A DNA stretch of 58,934 bases from a virus. Lineage: Duplodnaviria; Caudoviricetes. Positions 1-9,390 of this stretch are shown here, one piece after another. The notes below the pieces were generated by a model that was not told the origin of the DNA, made no database searches, and worked only from the letters and a program-made list of their open reading frames with translations. The stretch lies in IMG/VR virus record IMGVR_UViG_3300037852_000224, positions 1 through 58,934 of that record, one strand, 5' to 3'. Numbering within the stretch: position 1 is the first letter of the stretch; each line of letters opens with the position of its first letter. A program made the translations under genes and the position numbers.

Positions 1-127
1 GGGAGGGCAGGCACAGTGGATGAGGATGGTGATTTGGACTTGGATTTAGGTTTGGCATTGGAGCCTACCGCCGCCGGTCGCGGGGGGCGTTGTGTCTGCC
101 CCTGGGCCTGTGTCTGTGTCTTCTGCT
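1..127. repeat. 127-bp terminal direct repeat (second copy at 58808-58934); circular-assembly overlap
   Basis: The first and last 127 nt are identical, and an ORF continues in frame across the junction. Confidence 0.95.
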
Positions 128-224
128 CCATCAAGTGTCCGAATATATCCACCACGGCGTCCGCGATTCCATCCGTGATAGCGTCGAGGAGGTCGTCGGA
201 TGGGTGGCGAGGGCGTGGCGGCAT
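1..224 (-). CDS. 5' part of J-domain (DnaJ-like) protein; joins 58597-58807 across the origin, 144 aa total
   Basis: ATG at 224 after GGAGG; MPPRPRHPSDDLLDAITDG...KSKSPSSSTVPALPDLY is in frame with the HPD-containing J domain at the right end. Confidence 0.85.
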   Translation of the reverse strand, partial: MPPRPRHPSDDLLDAITDGIADAVVDIFGHLMEQKTQTQAQGQTQRPPRPAAVGSNAKPKSKSKSPSSSTVPAL

Positions 225-225
225 G

Positions 226-1074
226 TTACTGTCCTACCTCCATAGTCATCTTCCCTCTCAACTCTTCCACCACCTTACCGCTGAGTATCTTCCCAAAACC
301 GTCGAATTTCATCCAGTCCAAAGGTTCCATGTGTACTAAGCAGCACGGTACATTACCGGCAATGTCCACTTTAGCCATCCCCCCGCAATACACACGCTTA
401 ACTCTCTCTGCCACGGCGAAGCTCCGCTCCCACCCGACGCCAGTTAATGCCGCCACCATCCGCCGCACCGTGCCAGCTTTAGCAAGGTGTGCCCGTTCTT
501 GTGGGATGTGCAACGCTAGATGGTCGTGGCGCTTGTCCAGGGGGGATTGAAAGTAATCGTACAGGTTGCACACGTATTCCACCGTCTCCTGTGGGTTCCG
601 GGTGAAATGCACCGTTAACCTCGCCATAACACTCAATGTCGTGGTGAACGAATCCAGCTCCTTCCCCAGTAAATGTTGACTGCCTAACTTCGACGGCATC
701 CACCGGCGGGCCAGGGGGAAGTACTCTTCCAAGTGCCCGGTGGCGGGATCGGTGCGGTAATCGGATTCGATGAGCAGGAATACTAATTGCGGGTCGTAGT
801 GGTCGAACAATTTAGGGAGCTGTTCCCCAGCGAGACGGCCATCTCGTTTGTCCTTGAATAATCCCTTGAGGGTTTTGCGTTCGATGCCGACCAGGGATTG
901 GAGTGAGGAGTGGCCGGCGAATGCGAAATCCCCGGCGGGGAGTAGGCGGGCGGACACCGGCGGGTGTGTACGGTGGGAGGAGAATAAGGCGATGAAGTCC
1001 TCTGTTCCAGTGGTGGAGTAGGCGGTGGGGAGGGATTCGCGAGAGTCGATGTAGATCACGACGCAACTCCCCAA
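226..1074 (-). CDS. ERCC4/XPF-family structure-specific nuclease
   Basis: IYIDSRE, GDF, IERKT..L, DGRL..EQL motifs. Confidence 0.85.
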   Translation of the reverse strand: MGSCVVIYIDSRESLPTAYSTTGTEDFIALFSSHRTHPPVSARLLPAGDFAFAGHSSLQSLVGIERKTLKGLFKDKRDGRLAGEQLPKLFDHYDPQLVFLLIESDYRTDPATGHLEEYFPLARRWMPSKLGSQHLLGKELDSFTTTLSVMARLTVHFTRNPQETVEYVCNLYDYFQSPLDKRHDHLALHIPQERAHLAKAGTVRRMVAALTGVGWERSFAVAERVKRVYCGGMAKVDIAGNVPCCLVHMEPLDWMKFDGFGKILSGKVVEELRGKMTMEVGQ

Positions 1075-1796
1075 TTGTTTCGATGGTGCATAAACAACTT
1101 TTCAATTCTAGGGATCAATTCGCCTTTGCTCGATCTGATATCCGTTCGAGTGGCCACACTAAGAACAGGGACAAAATCTGAAGGTGCTTCGTATTCACTT
1201 ACCACAATGATGCGACGTTCAGACTCTAGCCGCACCACTTCCCAAAACCTCTCATAATCCATCTCCGGCAGGCCGTAGAATTTGGTGGTGTTCTTATAGG
1301 GAGGGTCACAATAGACAACATCGGCGTCGAATGCAGCGATGGCCTGTTCGTAGTCCATGCACTCGAAGGATACATCCATCATTCCTTTGGTCAATTGCGA
1401 CTTGGCGTTGGCTGCATAGATTCGTTTGGTCAATTGCGACTTGGCGGTCATGGCGTCGGCACCATGACCGCCACGGGCATACCCTCCAAAGTATTTACCG
1501 GCGTAGGAGCAACCGAAGCCAACAAACGCCTTGAGAGCGCTGGGGGATGGCAACAGTTTAGCGGCGGCATATTCTTGCTCACTGACAAACGACGGTGGAG
1601 TCCATCCGTTCTGCATCGCTGTCCACAGAGCAATCAAGTCTGGGTTTAGGTCACAACAAATACGAACGTCCGCATGAACCAATTCGGCCACCCATGCGCT
1701 CCCACAGAACGGCTCTAGATACACTTCCGGTCGGAGTCCATTTATGAATGTGCTCACTTGTTTCCTTATTCGAAACTTACCTCCGAAGTACTGCAT
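1056..1796 (-). CDS. dam: DNA adenine methyltransferase (Dam/D12 class)
   Basis: YFGGK, YLEPFCGS, CDLN and VYCDPPY motifs. Confidence 0.9.
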   Translation of the reverse strand: MQYFGGKFRIRKQVSTFINGLRPEVYLEPFCGSAWVAELVHADVRICCDLNPDLIALWTAMQNGWTPPSFVSEQEYAAAKLLPSPSALKAFVGFGCSYAGKYFGGYARGGHGADAMTAKSQLTKRIYAANAKSQLTKGMMDVSFECMDYEQAIAAFDADVVYCDPPYKNTTKFYGLPEMDYERFWEVVRLESERRIIVVSEYEAPSDFVPVLSVATRTDIRSSKGELIPRIEKLFMHHRNNWGVAS

Positions 1797-1809
1797 GGCT
1801 GAATGTTGG

Positions 1810-2652
1810 CTAAATCAACCCCCACACTTCCGGCCTCTCCTCCGTCTCCGGCCACATCTCCATCGCTACATACCCGAACCCATAATCCCCGTTATTGCTC
1901 CACCACTGTTTGCCGGACAGAGTAAACGGGTCGCCGTATCGTATGGTTTTATGGCTAGGTACCTCCACGTAAAAGGATTTCAGCGTGGGATTCCATCCAA
2001 GGCGCAAACTGGCGTCCACCATGAACCCAATGCCAGAGTACCCCTTAATCTCGTATCCCCCGGACCAGTCCGCTTTCCCGTCCGCGCCCTTCTTATACTC
2101 CTTCCCCTGCTTATGGATCAGGATCATATTGAGATCCCGTCGTGTGTTGTACATCCGCCAGAATGTTTGGCAGTAATCGGCGTTCAACTTCGTACGAACA
2201 TCCTGATTCTGATTCCCCTGCAACTTGCCGAAGTAAGCGAGTTCAGCCAAATGCCACTTTTCCGTCTCCGTGTCGGTAACGTACGTGCGAATGGATGTAT
2301 CCGCGATCACGGCGGCCTCTATCTCTTTCACCATCTCCCAGGATTTCTTCCACTCATCCCAGGATGTTTGATTGATCGTGGTGCGGGCTTTGGACTCCGG
2401 TGGGGGAGTAGGCACCTCCATGTGCCGGTGGTAGATTACCTTACCCGCCGCACGGGCCTTGTGGACGATTGCTTCCGTCCCCGGATCGTTGCTGATGATG
2501 CATATCGGATCTGGAGCAGTGTGCAATGCCCAATGCGTCTTCCCACACTTATCCATCGCCTCCACCGATATCGCCAGCCGTGGAACAATCGCCCCGGTGG
2601 ATTTGGACTCGAAGTACTTCGCCAGTGCTGGACTCATTCCATTTTGACTCAC
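1810..2652 (-). CDS. AAA/RecA-like ATPase, Sak4-like
   Basis: Degenerate Walker A (AMDKCGKT), Walker B-like YVTD; lies near an exonuclease and an SSB-like gene. Confidence 0.6.
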   Translation of the reverse strand: MSQNGMSPALAKYFESKSTGAIVPRLAISVEAMDKCGKTHWALHTAPDPICIISNDPGTEAIVHKARAAGKVIYHRHMEVPTPPPESKARTTINQTSWDEWKKSWEMVKEIEAAVIADTSIRTYVTDTETEKWHLAELAYFGKLQGNQNQDVRTKLNADYCQTFWRMYNTRRDLNMILIHKQGKEYKKGADGKADWSGGYEIKGYSGIGFMVDASLRLGWNPTLKSFYVEVPSHKTIRYGDPFTLSGKQWWSNNGDYGFGYVAMEMWPETEERPEVWGLI

Positions 2653-2972
2653 GCGATATTCCCCCCTAGTTTCTTTCTGGTCACACTCTCCGCCTTGTCG
2701 TCCCAGTGGAATTTGGCATTCTCCGGGGCGTGGGATTCGAGGAAAGCGTACACGGCGATATTCAACAATTGCTCGTAATTCCCCTTACGCTTATACGCAT
2801 CCAGCTCCCTACGCAATCTGGTCATATACCTCTGCTCCTTCCGTGGCCGGTCACCGTAGCACAACGCCCCGACACAGCGGCGATTCACAACACATTGGAG
2901 GAAGGATGTGAACGCCTTGGTAGTGGCCGTGTCCAACGGGATGGAGTCCGGGATGTGGAGGGTGATAATCAT
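2649..2972 (-). CDS. Putative MazG-like all-alpha nucleotide pyrophosphohydrolase
   Basis: GALCYG...Y...GNYEQLLNIAVYAFLE pattern; adjacent to thyX. Confidence 0.45.
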   Translation of the reverse strand: MIITLHIPDSIPLDTATTKAFTSFLQCVVNRRCVGALCYGDRPRKEQRYMTRLRRELDAYKRKGNYEQLLNIAVYAFLESHAPENAKFHWDDKAESVTRKKLGGNIA

Positions 2973-3658
2973 CGTGGGAGCCTCAGGTTGTCGGCTTGAC
3001 GCGCCTCCGGGACAATATCGTCAAATAGCAACGGGACCATCGATTTGAACTCTTCCAGTAGCGGGATGGTTACCTGCCGCATTTGCGGGTGGGATTCCTT
3101 GGTGGTCCGCATGATTAGAAAGTGCCGCCAGTTGCGCAGGTTGCTGGTCATCACGATACGGGACGCTAGAGCGTTCGGCAGCACAGACCGTGAAATCTGC
3201 GGCGACACTCCGGCCCTAATCAGACCTAAGTAAGCCTTTTCGATTTTATCGATGGCATCTTTCCAATCGTCCATCAGCAGAGCCGAATTTATAAAAACCT
3301 CTGGCATGACGAACTTCGGCGGCATCTTCTTTTCATAATTCACAAACCGCGTGGACTCCTGCGTAAAACTGAATAGCCGGTGCCTCACAATCTCATGCGT
3401 AATCCCCCGGTCCACCACAGCGTCCACCGTCGCATTCACATGCTCCACAATCGACCAGTCCCCATGCCCCATCACTGTGGCAGGGATGAACCGCTTCCAC
3501 GATTCACTATCCGCCGCGTCTTCCGTTCGGTGCGAAATCCTCCCACACCATTCAATCCACCGGAGTGCATTTACTCCAGCGGTATCCCACCCCTGGAACC
3601 CCCTCACCACGCCGTTCAAGGATTGAATCCTAGCGTACGGTTGGATTATCTCCATCAC
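2969..3658 (-). CDS. thyX: FAD-dependent thymidylate synthase
   Basis: HEIVRHRLFSFTQESTR ThyX motif, SRSVLPNA, NLRNWRHF. Confidence 0.95.
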   Translation of the reverse strand: MMEIIQPYARIQSLNGVVRGFQGWDTAGVNALRWIEWCGRISHRTEDAADSESWKRFIPATVMGHGDWSIVEHVNATVDAVVDRGITHEIVRHRLFSFTQESTRFVNYEKKMPPKFVMPEVFINSALLMDDWKDAIDKIEKAYLGLIRAGVSPQISRSVLPNALASRIVMTSNLRNWRHFLIMRTTKESHPQMRQVTIPLLEEFKSMVPLLFDDIVPEARQADNLRLPR

Positions 3659-4317
3659 TCCCCTCCTCCGCCGTTCCCATCCACTCCGTTTACGGCGTAA
3701 ACTTCCGGTTCCGCGAGGTGCTTGTTGGCCAACATTAGCTCCCAGTTGGTCATGATTTCATCCCTGGTGAAGTCGAATTGGACAGGGAGGTAGTCGGGAT
3801 TCATCCCGCCGGTGTAATTGCCACAGAGGAAGTTAGGATGCAAGATTACTGTGGTGCATGGGGCACTGTAGGCCACTGACAACATCGCTAAGTACCCTAG
3901 AGTCTGCCATAACCAGGGGGAGAGTTTGCCGGTGGGGGAGAATTCGGTGAGTTGTTTGGAGGAGTAGTAGGTGGCCTTGATCTCGTGTAGGATTAAGCGG
4001 CCTGTCTCCGGGTCGATGTGGATGGCATCCGGCGTACCGTAAATCCCATCTAGCTCAAACTCTCCTAAGTGGTATTCGAAGTCTGGGAATTGTGTGGCCA
4101 GTCTCGGCGCTAACCAGTCCTCCCATGCGAGACCGATTATCATTTTGATTTCCCGGTGGCGGCGAGGGGGGAGGATGGCTCCGGGGGTGGGGGATGGGTA
4201 GATCCCTTGGGCAACGGCGAGTTTCTTGATGATACCGGACAGGTGGACACCGGACGACCGGGGGGCGGAAGTGGATGAGGAGGCGGAGATGGGGATGGAG
4301 AGATGGGTGAGAGTCAT
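3655..4317 (-). CDS. PD-(D/E)XK exonuclease (Cas4/lambda-exo-like)
   Basis: GLAWE, GTPDAI, HEIKAT, WQ..GY motifs. Confidence 0.75.
   Translation of the reverse strand: MTLTHLSIPISASSSTSAPRSSGVHLSGIIKKLAVAQGIYPSPTPGAILPPRRHREIKMIIGLAWEDWLAPRLATQFPDFEYHLGEFELDGIYGTPDAIHIDPETGRLILHEIKATYYSSKQLTEFSPTGKLSPWLWQTLGYLAMLSVAYSAPCTTVILHPNFLCGNYTGGMNPDYLPVQFDFTRDEIMTNWELMLANKHLAEPEVYAVNGVDGNGGGGE
3689..3701. promoter_or_regulatory. Palindrome TTTACGGCGTAAA (copy 1 of 8)
   Basis: Exact 13-bp palindrome repeated genome-wide. Confidence 0.75.
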
Positions 4318-4658
4318 ATGGATTTGGCCTTTTCGTCGGCTTTTTCTAGGGCGACAGGCAGAGAGGATATGAATTTGGTGAGATCGTCGCGGGAGCGGAA
4401 GGCGAGTTCGATAATGTTGATCCCGTCCCCAACGCGGACGATTATGGATTGGTCGATGGGTTCGTGCTCAAGGCGGGAATACACCTGAGCGTAATGGATG
4501 TTGATTAAGGTAGGGCGGTAAAGTCGGATGTCCACAGGAATTCCTTTTTCAATGTTCCGGTACAAATGCCCACGGTGGGAGTCACCAGTTAGATCTAGGA
4601 CAGGATGAAAATCCATCCCACCCATAGACTCCCACCGTGGGTGTAGTCGGGACTGCAA
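4314..4658 (-). CDS. Hypothetical protein
   Basis: ORF overlapping the next gene in the operon. Confidence 0.45.
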   Translation of the reverse strand: MQSRLHPRWESMGGMDFHPVLDLTGDSHRGHLYRNIEKGIPVDIRLYRPTLINIHYAQVYSRLEHEPIDQSIIVRVGDGINIIELAFRSRDDLTKFISSLPVALEKADEKAKSI

Positions 4659-4719
4659 CAGGCCACTCGGAGGATATAGGTCCTGAAACCCGACACAAGG
4701 AAAAGACTGAACAGTATGG

Positions 4720-5640
4720 CTATTGCGTGGACAGTGTACCGGTCATCGACCCGTCATCCGCCACGGCGAAGTCCTCAAGCAGCAGGTTGTTATCCGCCGC
4801 GATCTGTTTCATGATGTCCACCTTGCGGGATTCGCCGATGAGATTGATCCGCCCTTTGCCCTTGATGCCGCGTTCGGAGATGGCCGACAACAATTGCGCA
4901 GGGAACTGGGACATGTCGATATAGCCGTCCTTGTTGGAAGTGATGAGGGCGAGGACGATACCAGCGAGGTCGGAGGAGTGGCCGTTACCGGTAGCCACAG
5001 CGGAGGAAGCGGTAGGAGCGGCGGTGGCGGATGCGGCAGGGGAAGGGGCGGCGGTAGGGCGGCGGGCACCACCTTTGGCCTCCCAGGGGAATTTAGCGCG
5101 AGTAGGAACGAGGATTTCATTAATCCGCTTAGGGGGTTGACCAGGGGCCTGTGCCTGTGCGGCTGATGCTGGATCGTTGCGGAAGTCGCGGGCTGGGGGA
5201 AGCATGCGAACCATGGTTAGTTCAGCACCGATTAGGCACTTCATCCCTTGGGGGCCGTCCAATTGTTCCCCCGGCATACCACAGTTCTCGATGAACCCTT
5301 TGTGGTAAGCGAAGTGCCAGTTGGAGGAATCGATGAGTCTCCCTCCGGTGCCTTTCATATCCAGGTAGAACGCTGAACTGTCTGACCCTGGAGTGACGGC
5401 GGATGGATCGGGTTGGTAGTTGGCGGCGGTGCCGACGTTCCAATTGACAACTACATCCTTGCCTTCATTCCCGCCGTCGGTGGGGGTGAATAGCATTTCG
5501 ACGCACATCTGAGAGTTGGCGGGTTGGTTGCCGTTGTAGTCCCAGAGTTTATAGCCGATGTCTTTGACGACGCCGGTGCCGCCGGGATACAACCCCCCGG
5601 CGACGAATTGAGTGTTAGAGCCGCGTGATGGAGTGGGCAT
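4720..5640 (-). CDS. Putative single-stranded DNA-binding/annealing accessory protein
   Basis: Beta-rich N-terminus, Ala/Pro linker, position in the Sak4/exonuclease/helicase module. Confidence 0.4.
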   Translation of the reverse strand: MPTPSRGSNTQFVAGGLYPGGTGVVKDIGYKLWDYNGNQPANSQMCVEMLFTPTDGGNEGKDVVVNWNVGTAANYQPDPSAVTPGSDSSAFYLDMKGTGGRLIDSSNWHFAYHKGFIENCGMPGEQLDGPQGMKCLIGAELTMVRMLPPARDFRNDPASAAQAQAPGQPPKRINEILVPTRAKFPWEAKGGARRPTAAPSPAASATAAPTASSAVATGNGHSSDLAGIVLALITSNKDGYIDMSQFPAQLLSAISERGIKGKGRINLIGESRKVDIMKQIAADNNLLLEDFAVADDGSMTGTLSTQ

Positions 5641-5679
5641 TGAGAGTTAAACTGTCCTTTCGTTGATTGGGAATGGGAA

Positions 5680-7257
5680 TTATGTTGACTGTTGCGGCGG
5701 TGGTAATTTCGCCGGAGGTTGAGGTTGACCATTCGGCCACTGAATCAGTTTCAGGAACCAGGATGGAAAAAGATGACGCCACTTGCCGCCGCGATTAGCA
5801 GGCAGGAGGAGCCAGTTAATATGTTTGTCGAGGATGAAGGTTTCGCTGGAATCGTCCGGGCCACGCATCAGACGGCCACACATTTGGACGAGGGTTTGGA
5901 TGGTGAGGTACATGGCGTATTCGGGGTCGTCCTCTGATCGCGCCTTCATGATGGGGCCGCGTAGATCGATGAAGGGGACCTTGACGATGAATTGGTATTC
6001 TGCGTCAGTCATGGGGAAGTCGTAGCCGGTGGTTATGGCTGGACTCACGAGAATCAATGGAGGCGGCGACGAACGGAATACTTCTATTGCTCTGGCGAGT
6101 TCGTTGGAACGAGGGGCGAGCATGATATTCGAATACTCACTCCGTTCCTTAATGAACTGTTGGCGGGCGTAAGACACAGTGTGGATGATACCTTTGCGGT
6201 CCAACCGGCGGGAGATGAGGGTATCCATCCGGCCTAACTGTTGTTCGTATTGCGCATCCGTCGTCTTGTGGTCGATCTTGTCCGCGCCGAACAGGTAGAT
6301 TGGCGAACGGTGTGGCGGGAAAGCGAAAGGGGAGGAGATGAATTTGGACTCCTCTTCAGAGATATCGAGCAGTTGGAGTGTCTTGGGGACGATGGTGGCG
6401 GACATCAACATGACCCGCTCCGCTTTGTCGAATAGGATGGATTTAGCCTGAGAGGTCGGCCATAAGGGAGCGAATACCGTTTCCTTGTTGTTGGAATCGT
6501 CTACAATCCATTCCTCTCTGATCGCGGCGACACGCTTGAGATCGTTGAGCAGGGAGTCGGCCTGCCCGATCATTTTACGGTTCCGCGCCGCTTTCATTTG
6601 AGTCAGGCATGCTTCCATCGCCGGGAGGGACTGTTTGGCCCATTCCATGTACCAAGGGAGAGGTTTACCGATTGGGGGGTGGGGGATAGTGCCGGAGTAG
6701 AATGGCGCGTTATGGGAATGGTTCAAGTGGACTTCGAGGGCAGAGGAGAGTTCCTGGACAGCGTCGTGAGCTTCATCCAGCACGAGTAATCCACATGGCC
6801 CGAGACCTTCACTGTGCACACGGGAGGATAGGGCGTAACTGTAATTGGTAATCCCCAGGTCAGAGTCGAGAAAGTGTGTGAGATCGTTAGCATATTGGCA
6901 GTCACCGGATTTGTTGGACTGGCATCCTAGGAGCCGCCCATTGGCACAGTTGTCGAAGTCGGTGCAAGGGTAGTTCACCCGGCCACGGACATCCGCTATA
7001 CCGGTGGAGACGAAGTCTTTACTGTACTGGGATTGCAGGGCTTTTGTCGCCGTGTATATTCGTGTTTTCACTCCCAGGTATTGCCCGATGGCGACGGCCT
7101 TGACGGATTTACCACTCCCCGTGGGGTCGTTGGAAGCGATGAAGCGGACGGCGTCGAAAGCATCGGCGGCGGCGAGGATGGATTCCCATTGTCCGGTGCG
7201 CCAAGTGGAGAACTTGGGTGGGAGATTGAGGTCGGCGGGATGGATGAGAGTGGACAC
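5680..7257 (-). CDS. DinG/XPD-family SF2 helicase
   Basis: PTGSGKS, Cys cluster, LDEAH, MSAT, KVPF, QMCGRLMR. Confidence 0.9.
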   Translation of the reverse strand: MSTLIHPADLNLPPKFSTWRTGQWESILAAADAFDAVRFIASNDPTGSGKSVKAVAIGQYLGVKTRIYTATKALQSQYSKDFVSTGIADVRGRVNYPCTDFDNCANGRLLGCQSNKSGDCQYANDLTHFLDSDLGITNYSYALSSRVHSEGLGPCGLLVLDEAHDAVQELSSALEVHLNHSHNAPFYSGTIPHPPIGKPLPWYMEWAKQSLPAMEACLTQMKAARNRKMIGQADSLLNDLKRVAAIREEWIVDDSNNKETVFAPLWPTSQAKSILFDKAERVMLMSATIVPKTLQLLDISEEESKFISSPFAFPPHRSPIYLFGADKIDHKTTDAQYEQQLGRMDTLISRRLDRKGIIHTVSYARQQFIKERSEYSNIMLAPRSNELARAIEVFRSSPPPLILVSPAITTGYDFPMTDAEYQFIVKVPFIDLRGPIMKARSEDDPEYAMYLTIQTLVQMCGRLMRGPDDSSETFILDKHINWLLLPANRGGKWRHLFPSWFLKLIQWPNGQPQPPAKLPPPQQST

Positions 7258-7266
7258 AGAAGATTA

Positions 7267-7491
7267 TTATTTTGCCGGTAGGGTTCCGATGTCTTCGGGT
7301 AAGATCGGGTCGCCGAACAGCTTGTGATTCATTCGCTTTTCGGTGCCCGGTTCGTCCTTTGCGGCGCAAGCGTAGCAAATCTCACTGAAACCAGGGCCGT
7401 AGGGGCGGGTTTCGGCAATCTTGCCGCACCAGCCGCAAATGCCATCAGGTTCGGCTTCGATGATAGTTACATTGCCAACTCTGCGACTCAT
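7267..7491 (-). CDS. Small CxxC-CxxC zinc-finger protein
   Basis: CGWC...CYAC. Confidence 0.6.
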   Translation of the reverse strand: MSRRVGNVTIIEAEPDGICGWCGKIAETRPYGPGFSEICYACAAKDEPGTEKRMNHKLFGDPILPEDIGTLPAK

Positions 7492-8162
7492 GCCTGTGCC
7501 TCCACGCCAGTACGCCCCATCATTTCGTCAAGACCTTCCTCCCACCCTGGAACTCCCGCCATCACTTGACTATACCGGCGGAGGCAATTCGCGATGAACT
7601 CCCGGTGGCGGGCGGAGGATTCCACCTTGTGCATCCTGGTCATGATGAGATTGATAATCCTAACCGCCTCGCCCTGTTCGTTACTCCGCACGTAAATCTC
7701 CACTAGGCGGTCAAGATCGCGGAAGGCTTTCTCCATTCGCATTCGGAATTCCGCATCCCTGTGGACTTCCAATATGGCGTCAAGTTCAGGAATCATCTGC
7801 GGCGCCACGGTGGTACGAATCCCCGACAGCCACCGGAGATGCCGTAACCCGGCATGGCGTAATAGGTCCTCACGGTTGGCGTAGGGGAAGCGTTTGGAGT
7901 GGATCATTACATCCAAGCACCGGGCGAAAAATGGCGGGACGTGGAGAGTAATCGGCTGGGAGGCGCCTTTGTCATCGCGTCCAGGTACGAAAAAGTTGTC
8001 AATCTGCACCAAGGGGACTTCGCCGGAGTCGTGATCGGCGTCACGGTAGTTTACAGTAGAAAGTGCGGTGATGTCTTCAGGAGAGGATGAGGAATCGGCA
8101 TCGGCGGAATCGCTGCGGCCAGTGGTGCGTGCGGCGTGGCGGGCGCGGGAGTAACGGGCCAT
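7488..8162 (-). CDS. Putative ribbon-helix-helix DNA-binding protein
   Basis: ITLHVPP...LD.......YANREDLLRHA strand-helix-helix pattern. Confidence 0.45.
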   Translation of the reverse strand: MARYSRARHAARTTGRSDSADADSSSSPEDITALSTVNYRDADHDSGEVPLVQIDNFFVPGRDDKGASQPITLHVPPFFARCLDVMIHSKRFPYANREDLLRHAGLRHLRWLSGIRTTVAPQMIPELDAILEVHRDAEFRMRMEKAFRDLDRLVEIYVRSNEQGEAVRIINLIMTRMHKVESSARHREFIANCLRRYSQVMAGVPGWEEGLDEMMGRTGVEAQA

Positions 8163-8447
8163 TTAGCGTTTACTCCTCATCGTCGCTAGACCGACTTGTA
8201 TGGCCACAATTGTCGTTTGAGCGGTCATGCGTTCCAGCTTTCTCACACGCGTGGACAGGTTTGTTATGTGAGAGTTTTCATTCAGCAGTACTTCCCGCGC
8301 TGCCCAGTACACACGCTGGCAAGAACGGAGGTACGCCAGTTCCCGTTTGGAAATCGTGGTGGTGCCGTCCACTGAGGTGGGGGGTTTCGTGTGGGATTTG
8401 GAGTGGAATGCGGGCATGGGCTTACTTCTTTCCTTTGAGGAGGTCAT
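8163..8447 (-). CDS. Hypothetical protein
   Basis: Operonic ORF. Confidence 0.5.
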   Translation of the reverse strand: MTSSKERSKPMPAFHSKSHTKPPTSVDGTTTISKRELAYLRSCQRVYWAAREVLLNENSHITNLSTRVRKLERMTAQTTIVAIQVGLATMRSKR

Positions 8448-8628
8448 CCGTCACTGCCGCACACGAGATTGCAAGTGCACCGGAAAGCATTCCAATCGCA
8501 GTTAAAAGCACCAGTACATGGGCATTACCCCCACGGTCCTCCGTAGACGGTAAAATCCACCCGGCATTGGTAAACGCTACGCCAGAGATGAATCCTATGA
8601 AAGCTGCAACTTTCGCCATACCATTCAC
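8422..8628 (-). CDS. Small two-TM membrane protein
   Basis: Two hydrophobic stretches, KGKK tail. Confidence 0.55.
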   Translation of the reverse strand: MNGMAKVAAFIGFISGVAFTNAGWILPSTEDRGGNAHVLVLLTAIGMLSGALAISCAAVTDDLLKGKK

Positions 8629-8960
8629 CCTTGCCCCGGCACATGCACCATCCGTTTGGCGTCCGCAATCGACTTCTCCAACACCTGTTTCCGCTGTTCC
8701 ATCCCGGAATTCGTCATCTCCAGTTGCCTTACCTGCGTCATCAATAACCCATGCATCGCCGCCGACACCGCCGCGACCGCCGCGACAAGGTTAGTGGTCC
8801 CGATGCCAGCGTGTAATAGTTTGGCCAACGCGTCCGCCGGAGGTTGGATAAAGCTCAAGGATGCAGAGTTTACCTCCAACTGCCGGTCGATCCCGGCGAT
8901 TTCATTGGTGAACATCTCTATCGCTTGATCTCGGGTGACACCGACACTGTGGCTGGACAT
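8625..8960 (-). CDS. Coiled-coil hypothetical protein, first gene of leftward operon
   Basis: ORF directly downstream of a predicted promoter. Confidence 0.6.
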   Translation of the reverse strand: MSSHSVGVTRDQAIEMFTNEIAGIDRQLEVNSASLSFIQPPADALAKLLHAGIGTTNLVAAVAAVSAAMHGLLMTQVRQLEMTNSGMEQRKQVLEKSIADAKRMVHVPGQG

Positions 8961-8999
8961 TGAAATGGCCCTTTTCTTTCAGGATTGGACGGCTTGATT

Positions 9000-9029
9000 A
9001 CTGTATCACTAGGCGTGCCTGAGAGTCAA
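9000..9029 (-). promoter_or_regulatory. Sigma70-like promoter, leftward
   Basis: TTGACT-18 bp-TACAGT with extended TG. Confidence 0.55.
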
Positions 9030-9107
9030 CGGTTACGACACATAATTCTAGGTCCTACAGGGTATAGTACCGGCGGCCCATCCACCGGCTACCCGTAGTC
9101 TTCCCTG

Positions 9108-9137
9108 TTGACGCGCCCTCACGTTTACGATTATAGT
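9108..9137 (+). promoter_or_regulatory. Sigma70-like promoter of repressor (probably leaderless transcript)
   Basis: TTGACG-18 bp-TATAGT, with the GTG start 7 nt downstream. Confidence 0.55.
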
Positions 9138-9144
9138 TTTAGGT

Positions 9145-9390
9145 GTGAGTTCCACTCTCGCCGCAAAGATCGAATCGGCCAACCGTAGTCATCTGGCACG
9201 GGAGATGGGCGTAGATCGCAGCTACATTTCCAGGGTGCTTACCGGCCATCGCGGGATGAGTTTGGACCTAGCACTTAAACTGGGACGGAAATTCCGGGTC
9301 AGTGTCGAGGATTTAGCGGAATACCTGAACTCCCGGCGGGATGCGGAATTTGCAGTGGACGTGGAAGAGGATGAAGTGGCGGTTAATTAA
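9145..9390 (+). CDS. XRE-family HTH repressor
   Basis: SHLAREMGVDRSYISRVLTGHR...SLDLALKL; divergent from the replication operon. Confidence 0.85.
   Translation: MSSTLAAKIESANRSHLAREMGVDRSYISRVLTGHRGMSLDLALKLGRKFRVSVEDLAEYLNSRRDAEFAVDVEEDEVAVN

Noticed and set aside
1-127. Biological direct terminal repeat of a linear genome
   Set aside because: 127 nt matches a common assembler k-mer overlap and falls mid-gene, so it shows circularity or permutation rather than real termini.
1744-2778. Long + strand ORF (344 aa) and similar antisense ORFs such as 8087-8794, 27896-28555 and 36136-36900
   Set aside because: These are shadows of well-supported minus-strand genes in GC-rich DNA and have no motifs.
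3655-7257. Type IV CRISPR-like module (DinG plus Cas4-like nuclease)
   Set aside because: No array and no Cas5/6/7-like genes; the context is a phage recombination/replication operon.
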